Shown here: piece by piece, positions 55,130-64,000 of the stretch | Layout: every line of letters begins with the position of its first letter | How positions within the stretch are numbered: position 1 is the first letter of the stretch | Assembly (NCBI GenBank): GCA_963705225.1 | Contig: OY970060.1 | Coordinates: 2,177,819 to 2,241,818 of the forward strand | From: an uncultured Acidobacteriota bacterium | GTDB taxonomy: Bacteria > Acidobacteriota > Blastocatellia > Pyrinomonadales > Pyrinomonadaceae | Direction: 5' to 3' | Length of the DNA stretch: 64,000 nucleotides | Position numbers and translations under genes: made by a program | Notes under the pieces: model-generated | What the model was told of the DNA's origin: nothing | Databases searched by the model: none | The model's input: the letters and a program-made list of their open reading frames with translations, nothing else

Positions 55130-56281
55130 ATGAATATAGGCATTACGGTTTATCCCACCTACGGCGGGAGCGGCATCGTCGGTTCGGAACTCGGGCGCGA
55201 GCTGGCACAGCGCGGCCACATGGTTCATTTTATCTCATCGGCGCTTCCGACGCGGCTGACCGAACTCAACGAGCGGGTGCATTTTCACGAAGTCGAGATG
55301 ATGTCTTACCCGCTCTTCGAGCATCAGCCTTACGATCTCGCCCTGGCGACAAAAATGGCGACGGTCGCGCGGGCCGAAAAACTTGACCTGCTGCACGTTC
55401 ACTACGCGATCCCGCATTCGATCAGCGCGATCCTGGCGCGCGAATCCATCAAACAAAAACGCTACGTGCCGGTGATCACCACGCTGCACGGAACCGATAT
55501 CACGCTGGTCGGGGCCGACCGCGGCTATCTGCCGATCACGCGCTACGGGCTGCAGCAATCGGACGGCGTCACGGCCGTGTCGCGGTTTTTGAAACAGGCG
55601 ACGATCGAAACTTTCGATTTCGACGATATCCAGGTAATTCCGAATTTCATTTGCCCGACCCATTACCAGCGCGACGAGGATCTGCCGCTGAAAAAAGAAC
55701 TCGCGCCGAACGGTGAAAAATTGCTGGTTCACGTTTCGAATTTCCGCGCCGTCAAACGCCCGGTCGATTGCGTCGAGATACTGGCGAAGGTGCTGGAAGG
55801 CGGCGTTCCGACAAAGCTCATCATGGTCGGCGACGGACCCGAGCGTTCGGCGATCGCCTATCGCGCCGAGCAATTGAACATTTCCGAACACGTCGATTTT
55901 GTCGGCAAACGCGCCAATATTTCCGATTACCTGGCGGTGGCGGATATTTTCCTGCTGCCGTCGGAAGAAGAATCTTTCGGGCTGGCCGCGCTCGAAGCGC
56001 AAGCCTGTGAAGTGCCGGTCGTGGCGACCCGCGTCGGCGGCATCCCGGAAGTGGTCACCGATAACGAGACAGGTTTTCTGAGCGATATCGGCGACGTCGA
56101 AAAAATGAGCCGGGACACGCTGCGGCTTCTGCGCAGTGAAGAATTGACCCGAAAATTCGGCAAAAGCGCGCGGGCACAGGCGATCGCCCGCTATGACGCG
56201 AACACGATCATTTCTCAATATATCGCCTTCTACGAAAAGATCATCTCGCAATCGCAAAAACGCCAGATGCAAACCGCCTAA
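55130..56281 (+). CDS. bshA: N-acetyl-alpha-D-glucosaminyl L-malate synthase BshA (GT4 glycosyltransferase, bacillithiol pathway)
   Basis: MNIGITVYPTYGGSGIVGSELGRELAQRGHMVHFIS is the BshA N-terminal signature; C-terminal EESFGLAALEAQACEVPVVATRVGGIPE GT4 motif. Confidence 0.8.
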   Translation: MNIGITVYPTYGGSGIVGSELGRELAQRGHMVHFISSALPTRLTELNERVHFHEVEMMSYPLFEHQPYDLALATKMATVARAEKLDLLHVHYAIPHSISAILARESIKQKRYVPVITTLHGTDITLVGADRGYLPITRYGLQQSDGVTAVSRFLKQATIETFDFDDIQVIPNFICPTHYQRDEDLPLKKELAPNGEKLLVHVSNFRAVKRPVDCVEILAKVLEGGVPTKLIMVGDGPERSAIAYRAEQLNISEHVDFVGKRANISDYLAVADIFLLPSEEESFGLAALEAQACEVPVVATRVGGIPEVVTDNETGFLSDIGDVEKMSRDTLRLLRSEELTRKFGKSARAQAIARYDANTIISQYIAFYEKIISQSQKRQMQTA

Positions 56282-56284
56282 ATT

Positions 56285-57766
56285 ATGGAACCGGAGACAC
56301 CAGAAAAATCCGTTCCGAAACCCGCGGAAACAGACGGACAGCCAAAACTGATCCGCGGCGTCGGCACGCCCGGCGCGACCGCGCTGAATATGATCGATAT
56401 GATCGGCGTCGGCCCGTTTATCACGATGCCGCTGATCATTGCCGCGATGGGCGGGCCGCAGGCGATGCTCGGCTGGATATTCGGCGCGCTGCTGGTGATC
56501 TGCGACGGGCTGGTCTGGGCGGAACTGGGCGCTTCGATCCCGAAATCGGGCGGGCCGTATAATTACCTGCAGGAAATTTACGGCAAACAGAAATTAGGAC
56601 GAATAATGTCGTTCCTTTTTATCTGGCAGCTGACGTTTTCCGCGCCGCTTTCGATCGCCTCCGGCTGCCTCGGGTTCGCGCTTTACGCAACCTACGCTTT
56701 TCCCGATCTGAAGTACACTTTTTTCGCTTACGACGCGCCTCTGCTCAATGTCGGGATTTCGTTTTCGTCAGCCACCATTGTTGCCATCGGCGTCTGCGCC
56801 TTCTGCGTTTTTTTGCTTTACCGTAAGATCACGGTCATCGAAAAATTCTCGAAATTCCTCTGGGTCGGCGTTATTTTAACGATCGTCTGGATAATCTTTG
56901 CCGGGCTGACGAATTTTAATCCCGCGCTCGCTTTCGATTTTCCGCCCGATGCTTTCACCCTGCGTCCCGAATTTTTTCTCGGCCTGGGCTCGGCCCTGCT
57001 GATCGCCGTTTATGACTATTGGGGTTATTACAACGTCAATTTTTTCGCGGGCGAGGTAAAAGAGCCGGAAAAAACCATTCCGCGCTCGATCATTATTTCG
57101 ATCCTGCTGGTGTCGGCGATCTATATCGTGATGAATATTTCGATCCTCGGCGTGATCCCGTGGCGCGAATTCGGGGAAACCGCCGGGTCGGACGCGCGCC
57201 GCTTTGTCATCTCCGTTTTTATGGAGCGGCTTTACGGGCCGACGGCGGGCATTATCGCCACGCTGCTGATCATGTGGACGGCTTTCTCGTCGGTGTTTTC
57301 GCTGCTGCTGGGATATTCGCGCGTGCCCTACGCCGCCTCGCTGGATGGAAATTATTTCCGTATCTTTTCGAAGATCCATCCGAAACATCATTTCCCGTAC
57401 GTGGCGCTGCTGACGCTGGGCGGAATCGCCGCGCTTTTTTGCTTCTTTAAACTCTCGGACGTGATCGCCGCGCTGGTCGTGATCCGCATCATCATTCAAT
57501 TTCTGGCGCAGATCGTCGGCGTGATTATTTTGCGCGAGCGCCGGCCCGATATACCGCGCCCGTTCAAAATGTGGCTGTATCCGCTGCCAGCGGTGATCGC
57601 GATCATCGGATTTTTATACGTGCTGTTTATGCGCCCGAATTTTCAAAAAGAAGTGATCTACGCGGCTGTTTTGATAGTCGTCGGATTGATAATTTATTTT
57701 ATCAGGGCGTACCGGAAAAAGGAGTACCCATTCGCTGGTAGCGCAACCGGCTCGTCGGGTATGTAG
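56285..57766 (+). CDS. APC-superfamily amino acid permease
   Basis: 493 aa, 12 predicted TM; begins 4 nt after the bshA stop. Confidence 0.7.
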   Translation: MEPETPEKSVPKPAETDGQPKLIRGVGTPGATALNMIDMIGVGPFITMPLIIAAMGGPQAMLGWIFGALLVICDGLVWAELGASIPKSGGPYNYLQEIYGKQKLGRIMSFLFIWQLTFSAPLSIASGCLGFALYATYAFPDLKYTFFAYDAPLLNVGISFSSATIVAIGVCAFCVFLLYRKITVIEKFSKFLWVGVILTIVWIIFAGLTNFNPALAFDFPPDAFTLRPEFFLGLGSALLIAVYDYWGYYNVNFFAGEVKEPEKTIPRSIIISILLVSAIYIVMNISILGVIPWREFGETAGSDARRFVISVFMERLYGPTAGIIATLLIMWTAFSSVFSLLLGYSRVPYAASLDGNYFRIFSKIHPKHHFPYVALLTLGGIAALFCFFKLSDVIAALVVIRIIIQFLAQIVGVIILRERRPDIPRPFKMWLYPLPAVIAIIGFLYVLFMRPNFQKEVIYAAVLIVVGLIIYFIRAYRKKEYPFAGSATGSSGM

Positions 57767-57900
57767 CGCCGGCGGCTGGCCGGACGCTCGTGTCGGCATC
57801 TTGCCGACGCACCGGATAACACACTGAGCGCGGGACGCACTCAGGACAGCCGGCGGGACGCCGGCGTTACAAAAGCGCGGCCGTCCGCGCTCCAATTAAG

Positions 57901-60504
57901 ATGAACCAACGATTTACCAATTACCTATTACCAATTACCGGCCTCATTTTACTCATCTGCGGCAGTCTTTTCGCGCAGGTTCGCCCGGTCAACGATCAGG
58001 GCGCGCTCGGTTTGGGCCAGCTTTTGCGGCGGCTGAATACGACCGGCAGCGTGATGCTGATCGGCGCGCATCCGGACGATGAAGATTCCGCGCTGCTGGC
58101 GTACCTGGCGCGCGGCGAAAACGCGCGCACGGCTTATCTTTCGCTGACGCGCGGCGACGGCGGGCAAAATATTATCGGCCCGGAGCTTTTCGAATCGCTC
58201 GGCGTGATCCGGACAGAGGAACTTTTACAGGCGCGCCGCCTTGACGGAGCGGAACAGTATTTTACCCGCGCCTTCGATTACGGTTTTTCCAAAACCCTGG
58301 CCGAAGCAAAAGAAAAATGGCCGGAACAGATCATCCTCTGCGATGCGGTGCGCGCGATTCGCAATTTTAAGCCGCTGGTCGTGATCGCGCGTTTTTCCGG
58401 CACGCCGGCCGACGGGCACGGGCAGCATCAATACGCCGGGTTTATCGCTCCGCTGGCGGTAAAAGCCGCCGCCGATCCGCAGCAGTGCGGCAGCAGCGCA
58501 GGAGGGGCGGGCGATGCGGGCGATGCGTGGCAGGTATCGAAATTCTATGTCGAGCAGGGCTTTCGCGCCACTTCCGATCCCGGCCTCAGGATCAACACCG
58601 GCAAATACGATTTTCTGCTGGGGCGTTCGTATTTCGAGATCGCGATGGAAGGCCGCAGCCAGCATAAATCGCAGGAACAGGGCCTGCTGGAACTGCACGG
58701 CGCGCAGTTTTCCGGGCTGAATCTGGCAGAAAATCCGAAAAAAGAAACCGGCATTTTTGACGGGCTGGACGCTTCGATCTCCGGCATCGCCGCGAATACG
58801 CAAAATTCGGAAGAACCGCTGACAGGCAAACTGTCCGAGCTGAAAAACCTGTCCGCCAAAATACTCGGTGAATACGACGCGCTGGCGCCGCAAAAAATTC
58901 TGCCCGATCTGGCGCAGGGCTATACGCTGGCCGACAAAGCGGTCTGGTCAACCAGAAATCGAAAAACAAAAGCGTACCTGGAACGCAAGGAAATGGAATT
59001 TCGCGAAGCCGCGCGGATCGCGGGCGGCATTCAGATCGAGGCGCTGGCCGACCGGGAAACCGTGGTGCCCGGTTCAGAGCTTTCCGTAAACGCTAAGGTC
59101 TTTTTTCCGGAAGCGGCGAATTACAAGATCAAAGAGATCGCGCTGAAAACTCCGGGCGGATGGCAAACCGTCAAAGCCGAAGCGCCGGCCGCCGCCACCC
59201 AGGGATTTTTTCGCCGGGAAACGGGAAACCAGGAGGCGTTCTTTACGGTTAAAGTACCGAACGACGCAAAAGCTACCCAGCCTTACTGGCTGGAAAGCGA
59301 GCGAAACGGCCCGCTCTATGTCTGGCCGGATGAAAATGGGAGCCTGACGCTTCCCTTTCAATCGCCGCTGGTGACCGCGGAAATAAAAATGGAGATCGGC
59401 GGCGCGGAGATCGTTTTCACACAGCCGGTAGTGTATCGCTATGCCGATTCGACTCGCGGCGAAATTCGCCGGGAGCTGAATCTGATCCCGGCGCTTTCGG
59501 TCAGCCTCGACCAAAAACTTTTGATCGTTCCCTTGAGCGATAAACCACAGACGCGCCGCGTGGTGATGAGCGTCACGAATAATTCCGCGCTCCCGGTTGC
59601 GGGAATTGCCAGCCTCAATTTCAATACGCCCGCCGATTGGAAACATTTTCCGGCGAGTGAACTTTTCGAGGTAAAAAATAAAGGCGATAAAGCCAGTATT
59701 GCCTTTGACGTGACGATCCCGGCGAAGACGAAACCCGGCAGCCACAATATCTACGCCCAGGCGCTGGTCGGCGAAACCATGGACACCCGGGAAATGCACA
59801 CGATCTCTTACCCGCACATTCAGACACATCGTTTTTACACGCGCGCGGAAATGAAAGTGCCGGTGCTGGAGCTAAAGATCGCCCCGGTAAAGATCGGCTA
59901 TATCATGGGCAGCGGCGAGGAAGTGCCGGAAGCGATCAGGCAGATGGGTTTCGATCTGACGATGCTGGGCGAAAAAGATCTGGCCGGGGACGACCTGTCG
60001 CGATTCGGCACGATCGTGGTCGGCATTCGGGCTTCGGAAACCCGGGCGGATCTTATCGCCAATAACCAGCGGCTGCTGGATTATGTAAAAAACGGCGGCA
60101 CGCTGCTGGTGCAATACCAGCGCCCGGAATACGCGCAGCGAAAACTCACTCCCTTTCCGACGCAAATGGGCAGCCGCGTGGTGGATGAAAATGCGAAGAT
60201 CACCATGCTCGACCCGGCCCACCCGGTCTTTAATTTTCCGAACAAGATCGTTGACGCGGATTTTGCGGGCTGGGTGCAGGAAAGAAATCTCTACAATTTC
60301 ACGAATTTCGACCCGGCCTATAAATCGCTGCTCGAAGCCCACGATGCGGGCGAAGCGGAAGATAAAGGCGGCCTGGTCATAGCCGAAATCGGCAAGGGGA
60401 AATACATCTATTGCTCGTACGCGTTTTTCCGGCAGCTGCCGGCGGGCGTGCCGGGCGCCTATCGCCTGTTCGCTAATTTATTAAGTTTGTCGGGAAAAAA
60501 ATAA
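57901..60504 (+). CDS. Large PIG-L/LmbE-family deacetylase fusion protein (N-terminal LmbE domain plus ~600-aa C-terminal region containing a ThuA/class-I-glutamine-amidotransferase-like segment)
   Basis: LIGAHPDDEDSALLAYLARGENARTAYLSLTRGDGGQN LmbE motif; signal-peptide-like N-terminus that coincides with a family-1 repeat arm. Confidence 0.65.
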   Translation: MNQRFTNYLLPITGLILLICGSLFAQVRPVNDQGALGLGQLLRRLNTTGSVMLIGAHPDDEDSALLAYLARGENARTAYLSLTRGDGGQNIIGPELFESLGVIRTEELLQARRLDGAEQYFTRAFDYGFSKTLAEAKEKWPEQIILCDAVRAIRNFKPLVVIARFSGTPADGHGQHQYAGFIAPLAVKAAADPQQCGSSAGGAGDAGDAWQVSKFYVEQGFRATSDPGLRINTGKYDFLLGRSYFEIAMEGRSQHKSQEQGLLELHGAQFSGLNLAENPKKETGIFDGLDASISGIAANTQNSEEPLTGKLSELKNLSAKILGEYDALAPQKILPDLAQGYTLADKAVWSTRNRKTKAYLERKEMEFREAARIAGGIQIEALADRETVVPGSELSVNAKVFFPEAANYKIKEIALKTPGGWQTVKAEAPAAATQGFFRRETGNQEAFFTVKVPNDAKATQPYWLESERNGPLYVWPDENGSLTLPFQSPLVTAEIKMEIGGAEIVFTQPVVYRYADSTRGEIRRELNLIPALSVSLDQKLLIVPLSDKPQTRRVVMSVTNNSALPVAGIASLNFNTPADWKHFPASELFEVKNKGDKASIAFDVTIPAKTKPGSHNIYAQALVGETMDTREMHTISYPHIQTHRFYTRAEMKVPVLELKIAPVKIGYIMGSGEEVPEAIRQMGFDLTMLGEKDLAGDDLSRFGTIVVGIRASETRADLIANNQRLLDYVKNGGTLLVQYQRPEYAQRKLTPFPTQMGSRVVDENAKITMLDPAHPVFNFPNKIVDADFAGWVQERNLYNFTNFDPAYKSLLEAHDAGEAEDKGGLVIAEIGKGKYIYCSYAFFRQLPAGVPGAYRLFANLLSLSGKK

Positions 60505-60598
60505 TAAAAACTATTCACTATTAACTTCTGACTGTTAACTATTTTTCAGTTATTTCTTTTTAAGACAGTTAAAAGTTCTCAGTGAATAATTAATAGTT
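60505..60598. terminator. AT-rich imperfect palindrome between convergent genes (bidirectional terminator region)
   Basis: TATTCACTATTAAC ... AGTGAATAATTAATAG inverted repeats; a conspicuous AT island in a GC-rich context. Confidence 0.4.
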
Positions 60599-62329
60599 CT
60601 ATCTACGGGCGGCGATCATTTCCTTGGCGTGGGCGCGGGCGGATTCGGTCACTTCCTCGCCGGCAAACATCCGGGCGAGTTCTTCGATGCGTTCTTCGTC
60701 GCTCAGCTTTCGCAGCGTTATCACGGTCTTTTTGCCGGAGATTTCTTTTTCCACCATAAAATGCTCGTCGGCCAGCGAAGCGATCTGCGGCTGGTGCGTG
60801 ACGCAGAGCACCTGGTGCGTTTTCGCCAGCTCTTTTAATTTCAACCCGACGGCTTCGGCCACGCGGCCGCCGATCCCGGAATCGATCTCGTCGAAAACCA
60901 CCGTTTTCTCTTTTTCGGACAGCCGCGCGGTCGTCTTTAAGATCAGCATCAGGCGCGAGGCTTCGCCGCCCGAGGCCACTTTTGCGATCGGCTTAACGGA
61001 CTCGCCGGGGTTGGCGGAAAAATAAAACTCGATGCGGTCGAAACCTTTGGCGGTAAATTGCCGGTCGTATTTTTCTCCGTGTTTTTCGCCGGGTTTTTCC
61101 TGGTTCAATTCCCCGGGTTCCGGCGCGTCGATCCGCACTTTGAAAGCGGCTTTTTCCAGCGCCACGGCTTTCAGATTTTCGATTATCTCTTTTTCAAAAC
61201 CGCGCGCCGCTTTCGTTCTTTTTTGATGAAGTTCGACCGCCGTATTTAAATAATCGCCGCGCAGCTTCTGCGCCCTGGCGCGCAATTCTTCCTGCCTGAG
61301 CTCGGCGGTTTCGATGCTTTCCAGACGCGCTTCGGATTCGCTCAGATGAGCCAGAACGTCTTCCAGGGAGGGGCCGTATTTGCGCTTCAAACGCGAAATT
61401 TCGGCCAGACGGTTTTCGATCTCTTCCAGCCTCTCCGGTGAAAATTCGAGGCCGCTGCGATAATCCCTTAATTGATAAGCTAAGTCTTCGACCAGTGTTT
61501 TCGCGGTGTTCAGGCTTTCCGTTTGCCCGCCAAAGGCCGTTTCGAATTCGGATAGCTCGGAGATGCGGCGGGCCGCTTTTTCCAGCGTGGAAAGGGTCGA
61601 TTCGGCGTTGTCGTAAAGCAGCGAGTAGCTTTCGTCGGTCAGCGCGGAAAGTTTTTCGGTATTATTGAGGCGTTTTTTTTCTTCTTCCAGTTTCGCCTCT
61701 TCGCCGGGCTGTAAATTGGCCTTGCCGATCTCTCCGACCTGAAATTTCAAAATATCCAGCAGCTGCAATTTTTGCGCTTCGTCGCTTTTTAGCTGTTCGA
61801 TCTCGCTGCGCACCGCCGACCATTCGGCGTGTTTTTCCGCCAGCTTTTCTCTGGCCGGGCCGGCGCCCGCATATTCGTCGAGCATTTCCAGGTGGGTCGC
61901 CGGATCGAAGATCGCCTGCTGCTCGCCCTGCCCGTGAATATCCGCCAGAAACCCGCCGATCTTTTTTAGAAACGCCTGCGTGACGAGCTGATTATTGATA
62001 AAGATGCGATTTTTACCGCTCAGCGAAAGGTCGCGCCGGACGATCAGCTCGATCGGGCCGCCGTCCCCGGCTTCGATACCGGCTTCGTCGAATTGCGCCG
62101 CCAGACCCTTGTCATACGGCAGCGTGAACAGCCCTTCGATCACCGCCCCGGACTGCCCTTCCTTGATCAGATCCGAGGAAATGCGGTCGCCCGTCAGCGC
62201 GCCCAGGGCATCGACAATGATCGATTTGCCGGAGCCGGTCTCACCGGTCAGCAAATTAAGTCCCGGCGAAAACTCGTTATCGAGTTTGTCGATCAGGGCG
62301 ATATTGTTGATCTTTAATAAACTGAGCAT
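60599..62329 (-). CDS. recN: DNA repair protein RecN
   Basis: MLSLLKINNIALIDKL...LTGETGSGKSII Walker A plus SMC-like coiled coil; 576 aa. Confidence 0.9.
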   Translation of the reverse strand: MLSLLKINNIALIDKLDNEFSPGLNLLTGETGSGKSIIVDALGALTGDRISSDLIKEGQSGAVIEGLFTLPYDKGLAAQFDEAGIEAGDGGPIELIVRRDLSLSGKNRIFINNQLVTQAFLKKIGGFLADIHGQGEQQAIFDPATHLEMLDEYAGAGPAREKLAEKHAEWSAVRSEIEQLKSDEAQKLQLLDILKFQVGEIGKANLQPGEEAKLEEEKKRLNNTEKLSALTDESYSLLYDNAESTLSTLEKAARRISELSEFETAFGGQTESLNTAKTLVEDLAYQLRDYRSGLEFSPERLEEIENRLAEISRLKRKYGPSLEDVLAHLSESEARLESIETAELRQEELRARAQKLRGDYLNTAVELHQKRTKAARGFEKEIIENLKAVALEKAAFKVRIDAPEPGELNQEKPGEKHGEKYDRQFTAKGFDRIEFYFSANPGESVKPIAKVASGGEASRLMLILKTTARLSEKEKTVVFDEIDSGIGGRVAEAVGLKLKELAKTHQVLCVTHQPQIASLADEHFMVEKEISGKKTVITLRKLSDEERIEELARMFAGEEVTESARAHAKEMIAARR

Positions 62330-62346
62330 ACCGGAAGAAGAAGACT

Positions 62347-63345
62347 TTATTGCTGGAAACTGTAGAGTAGCACACCGCTCATCTTGACGGACTGGTTTCC
62401 CATTCGCGGCGGGTTAAAACGGGCCTGTCTGGCTGCCGCCTCCGCCGCCGCTTTTAACAGCGGATGCCCGCTTGTCGCTTTTGCCGAGACCACGTTTCCC
62501 TGCTCGTCCACCAGCACGGAAACGTTCACCGAACCGGTCGCGCCGACGGTCCGCGCCGCCTGGGGATAGGCCGGGCGGGGAAGACTGACCGCGCGGGAAT
62601 TCAGCACGCCGGCGTCGATCGATCTCGGCGTTCCGCCTGGCGAAGAGGGCGGGCGCGGTGTCGGGCTCGGATCGTCGTCGTCATCATTGTCGGGAGTTTC
62701 CGAAGGCGTCGGTTTCGGCGTGGCTGTCGGCTTCGGGGTCGGCGTCGGTTTATTTACATTCGCGTTCGCGTTAACGTTCACATTGACGTTGGAGTTTGTG
62801 TTGGCGTTAAAGTTGAAATTCACGTTGGCGTTAAGATTCGCGTTGGCGTTGATGTTCGACACGTTAAAGTTCGAATTAACATTGAAGAGGTTAGCGTTAC
62901 TATTCGCGTTGAGCAGGTTCGCGTCCAGATTCCCGTTGACCGGCAGATTATTTCCCGAACCTCCGTTGAGACCCCACCACGCGGCGATCGCCAGCGCAAT
63001 AATCGCGATCGTGGACAGCGCGGTCAGCAGGATCGTCAGGCCGATCCGGGGCTTTTGCGGGGGCGGCTGGTACGGGGGCACCGGCCTGATCGGATCATGC
63101 GCGAACGGCGGCTTTTGTTCGGCGGCCGGTTCGGGGGCGGTGGGAACTATGATCTTTGCGTCAGCTGAAGGTGCCGGAGAGGCCGGGGGTTTGGAAAGAA
63201 CGACCGTATCTTCTTCCCAGCTTTCGCTGGGCATATCGGTGAATTCCGGCGGACTTCCTTCCGGCACCAATGGTGAGCCGTCCCTGGTGCAAAAAAGAAG
63301 AGTTTCGTTATCGTAATGCGCGCCACAACTAGGACAAGTTTTCAT
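62347..63345 (-). CDS. TonB-family protein with N-terminal zinc-ribbon-like motif, Pro-rich spacer, Asn-rich low-complexity region and TonB C-terminal domain
   Basis: MKTCPSCGAHYDNETLLFC; TM; (N-x-N) repeat region; PTPTPKPTATPKPT; C-terminus RPAYPQAARTVGATGSVNVSVLVDEQGNVVSAKATSGHPLL. Confidence 0.6.
   Translation of the reverse strand: MKTCPSCGAHYDNETLLFCTRDGSPLVPEGSPPEFTDMPSESWEEDTVVLSKPPASPAPSADAKIIVPTAPEPAAEQKPPFAHDPIRPVPPYQPPPQKPRIGLTILLTALSTIAIIALAIAAWWGLNGGSGNNLPVNGNLDANLLNANSNANLFNVNSNFNVSNINANANLNANVNFNFNANTNSNVNVNVNANANVNKPTPTPKPTATPKPTPSETPDNDDDDDPSPTPRPPSSPGGTPRSIDAGVLNSRAVSLPRPAYPQAARTVGATGSVNVSVLVDEQGNVVSAKATSGHPLLKAAAEAAARQARFNPPRMGNQSVKMSGVLLYSFQQ
62750..62945. repeat. Degenerate hexanucleotide tandem repeats (GTTNNC-like) encoding the (N-A/V/F/L)n low-complexity tract
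   Basis: Read directly within the TonB-like CDS. Confidence 0.6.
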
Positions 63346-63481
63346 ATTCTCCCGCCAAGCTCGTAATTTGTAATTTTACCTAACCAAAAGGCGCCCTTAT
63401 TTTACCACCAAAGTTTTTGGTTGGAAAAATTAAGGACGAATTTTGAGGTATTTTTACCTTGCCGGGCGGTAAAACAAAAAA

Positions 63482-64000
63482 CTAGTGGTCGCGGGGTTCC
63501 TCCGGCTTTGCCCCGAATGAGAGTAATAATTCTTCGATATCGGGGTCGGAAGTCATCGACATGGCCGTTTCGCCTTCGTCGTCTTTCAGGTTCACATCGG
63601 CGCCGGCCTGGAGCAGTATCCTGACATTTTCCAGCTCACCCTCATTGGCGGCTTCCATCAATGCCGTCCGGCCGTTTTTTGCCTGTGTGTTAACGTTGGC
63701 GCGGTGACTGAGCAGTAATTTCAGCATCAGCGGATTTTCGGACCGCGCCGCGTACATCAGGGCAGTGAATCCTTCCGAATCTCGCAGATTTACTTTTGCC
63801 CCGTGGCTGATCAAAAGTTCGAAGATCCGGGTTCCCAGACCCGCCATTTCGGCTTCTTCAGTCTCGCCTTCGTTTTCGTCATTATCACCCGATTCTGCCG
63901 ATTCTTCATCGGGCGATTCTTCGCTCTCGTAGTCTTCGCCGATCTGCATCATCGCGGTCCGCCCGCGCTCGTCGCGGAGGTTTACTTTTGCGCCCAATTC
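63482..64000 (-). CDS. Ankyrin-repeat protein (3' part; the ORF runs off the window end)
   Basis: Repeated GxTALMxAAxxG...LLxxGADVN ankyrin consensus; acidic insert. Confidence 0.7.
   Translation of the reverse strand, partial: ELGAKVNLRDERGRTAMMQIGEDYESEESPDEESAESGDNDENEGETEEAEMAGLGTRIFELLISHGAKVNLRDSEGFTALMYAARSENPLMLKLLLSHRANVNTQAKNGRTALMEAANEGELENVRILLQAGADVNLKDDEGETAMSMTSDPDIEELLLSFGAKPEEPRDH

Noticed and set aside
1-64000. CRISPR arrays, tRNA or rRNA genes, integrases or transposases
   Set aside because: No evenly spaced direct repeats with unique spacers, no cloverleaf-like tRNA candidates and no rRNA-like segments were seen. The repeats found are palindromic, REP/MITE-like rather than CRISPR-like, and no transposase or integrase ORF was recognised.

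Overview
GC-rich (~58-60%) bacterial chromosomal segment that is densely coded on both strands. I support about 60 protein genes and found no rRNA, tRNA or CRISPR array; the gene content (CarboxypepD_reg-domain secreted proteins, an OPT transporter, M14/M16/M19 peptidases, BshA) suggests an Acidobacteria- or Bacteroidota-like soil organism. The ORF track reports GTG and TTG starts as M, so several track starts were trimmed to an internal ATG that has an SD and/or a signal peptide. Coordinates I derived by hand from the printed sequence, especially beyond about 52 kb, may be off by 1 nt relative to the track.

Content by block:
- Housekeeping genes: rsmI, moaD/moaE, tatA, nadK, tlyA, ctaA, queF, a carD-like gene, recN and bshA.
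- A protein/peptide-degradation neighbourhood at 8.4-29.6 kb and 33.8-37.3 kb: an S55-like protease, proline iminopeptidase, an M19 dipeptidase, two tandem 645/649-aa secreted paralogs, an OPT oligopeptide transporter, an M14 carboxypeptidase, an M16 peptidase and a rhomboid protease.
- A phosphate/polyphosphate block at 44.9-53.5 kb: phoR-phoB-phoU, sixA, a CBS protein, ppx and ppk2.

Observations that looked most worth a second look:
1. A translationally coupled SbcD/Mre11-like nuclease, Lon-N-domain protein, MoaD (C-terminal GG) and MoaE operon.
2. A signal-peptide Cys/His-rich 80-aa peptide with its own strong promoter.
3. Two GxxExxY (23S-IVS-protein family) genes, each bracketed by its own inverted-repeat family; one copy has no usable start codon.
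4. A 51-aa TIGR02574-like antitoxin remnant with a T6 frameshift and no toxin, sitting next to a MITE-like element.
5. Five or more families of short palindromic repeats, one of which supplies the N-terminus of a gene.
6. A flotillin-like protein with three internal repeats, bracketed by GGGATAAAAGGGAT palindromes, next to an S/T/G-rich 136-aa protein.
7. A conserved 5' leader element shared by two tandem paralogs.
8. Tandem duplications of the tlyA start region that create uORFs.
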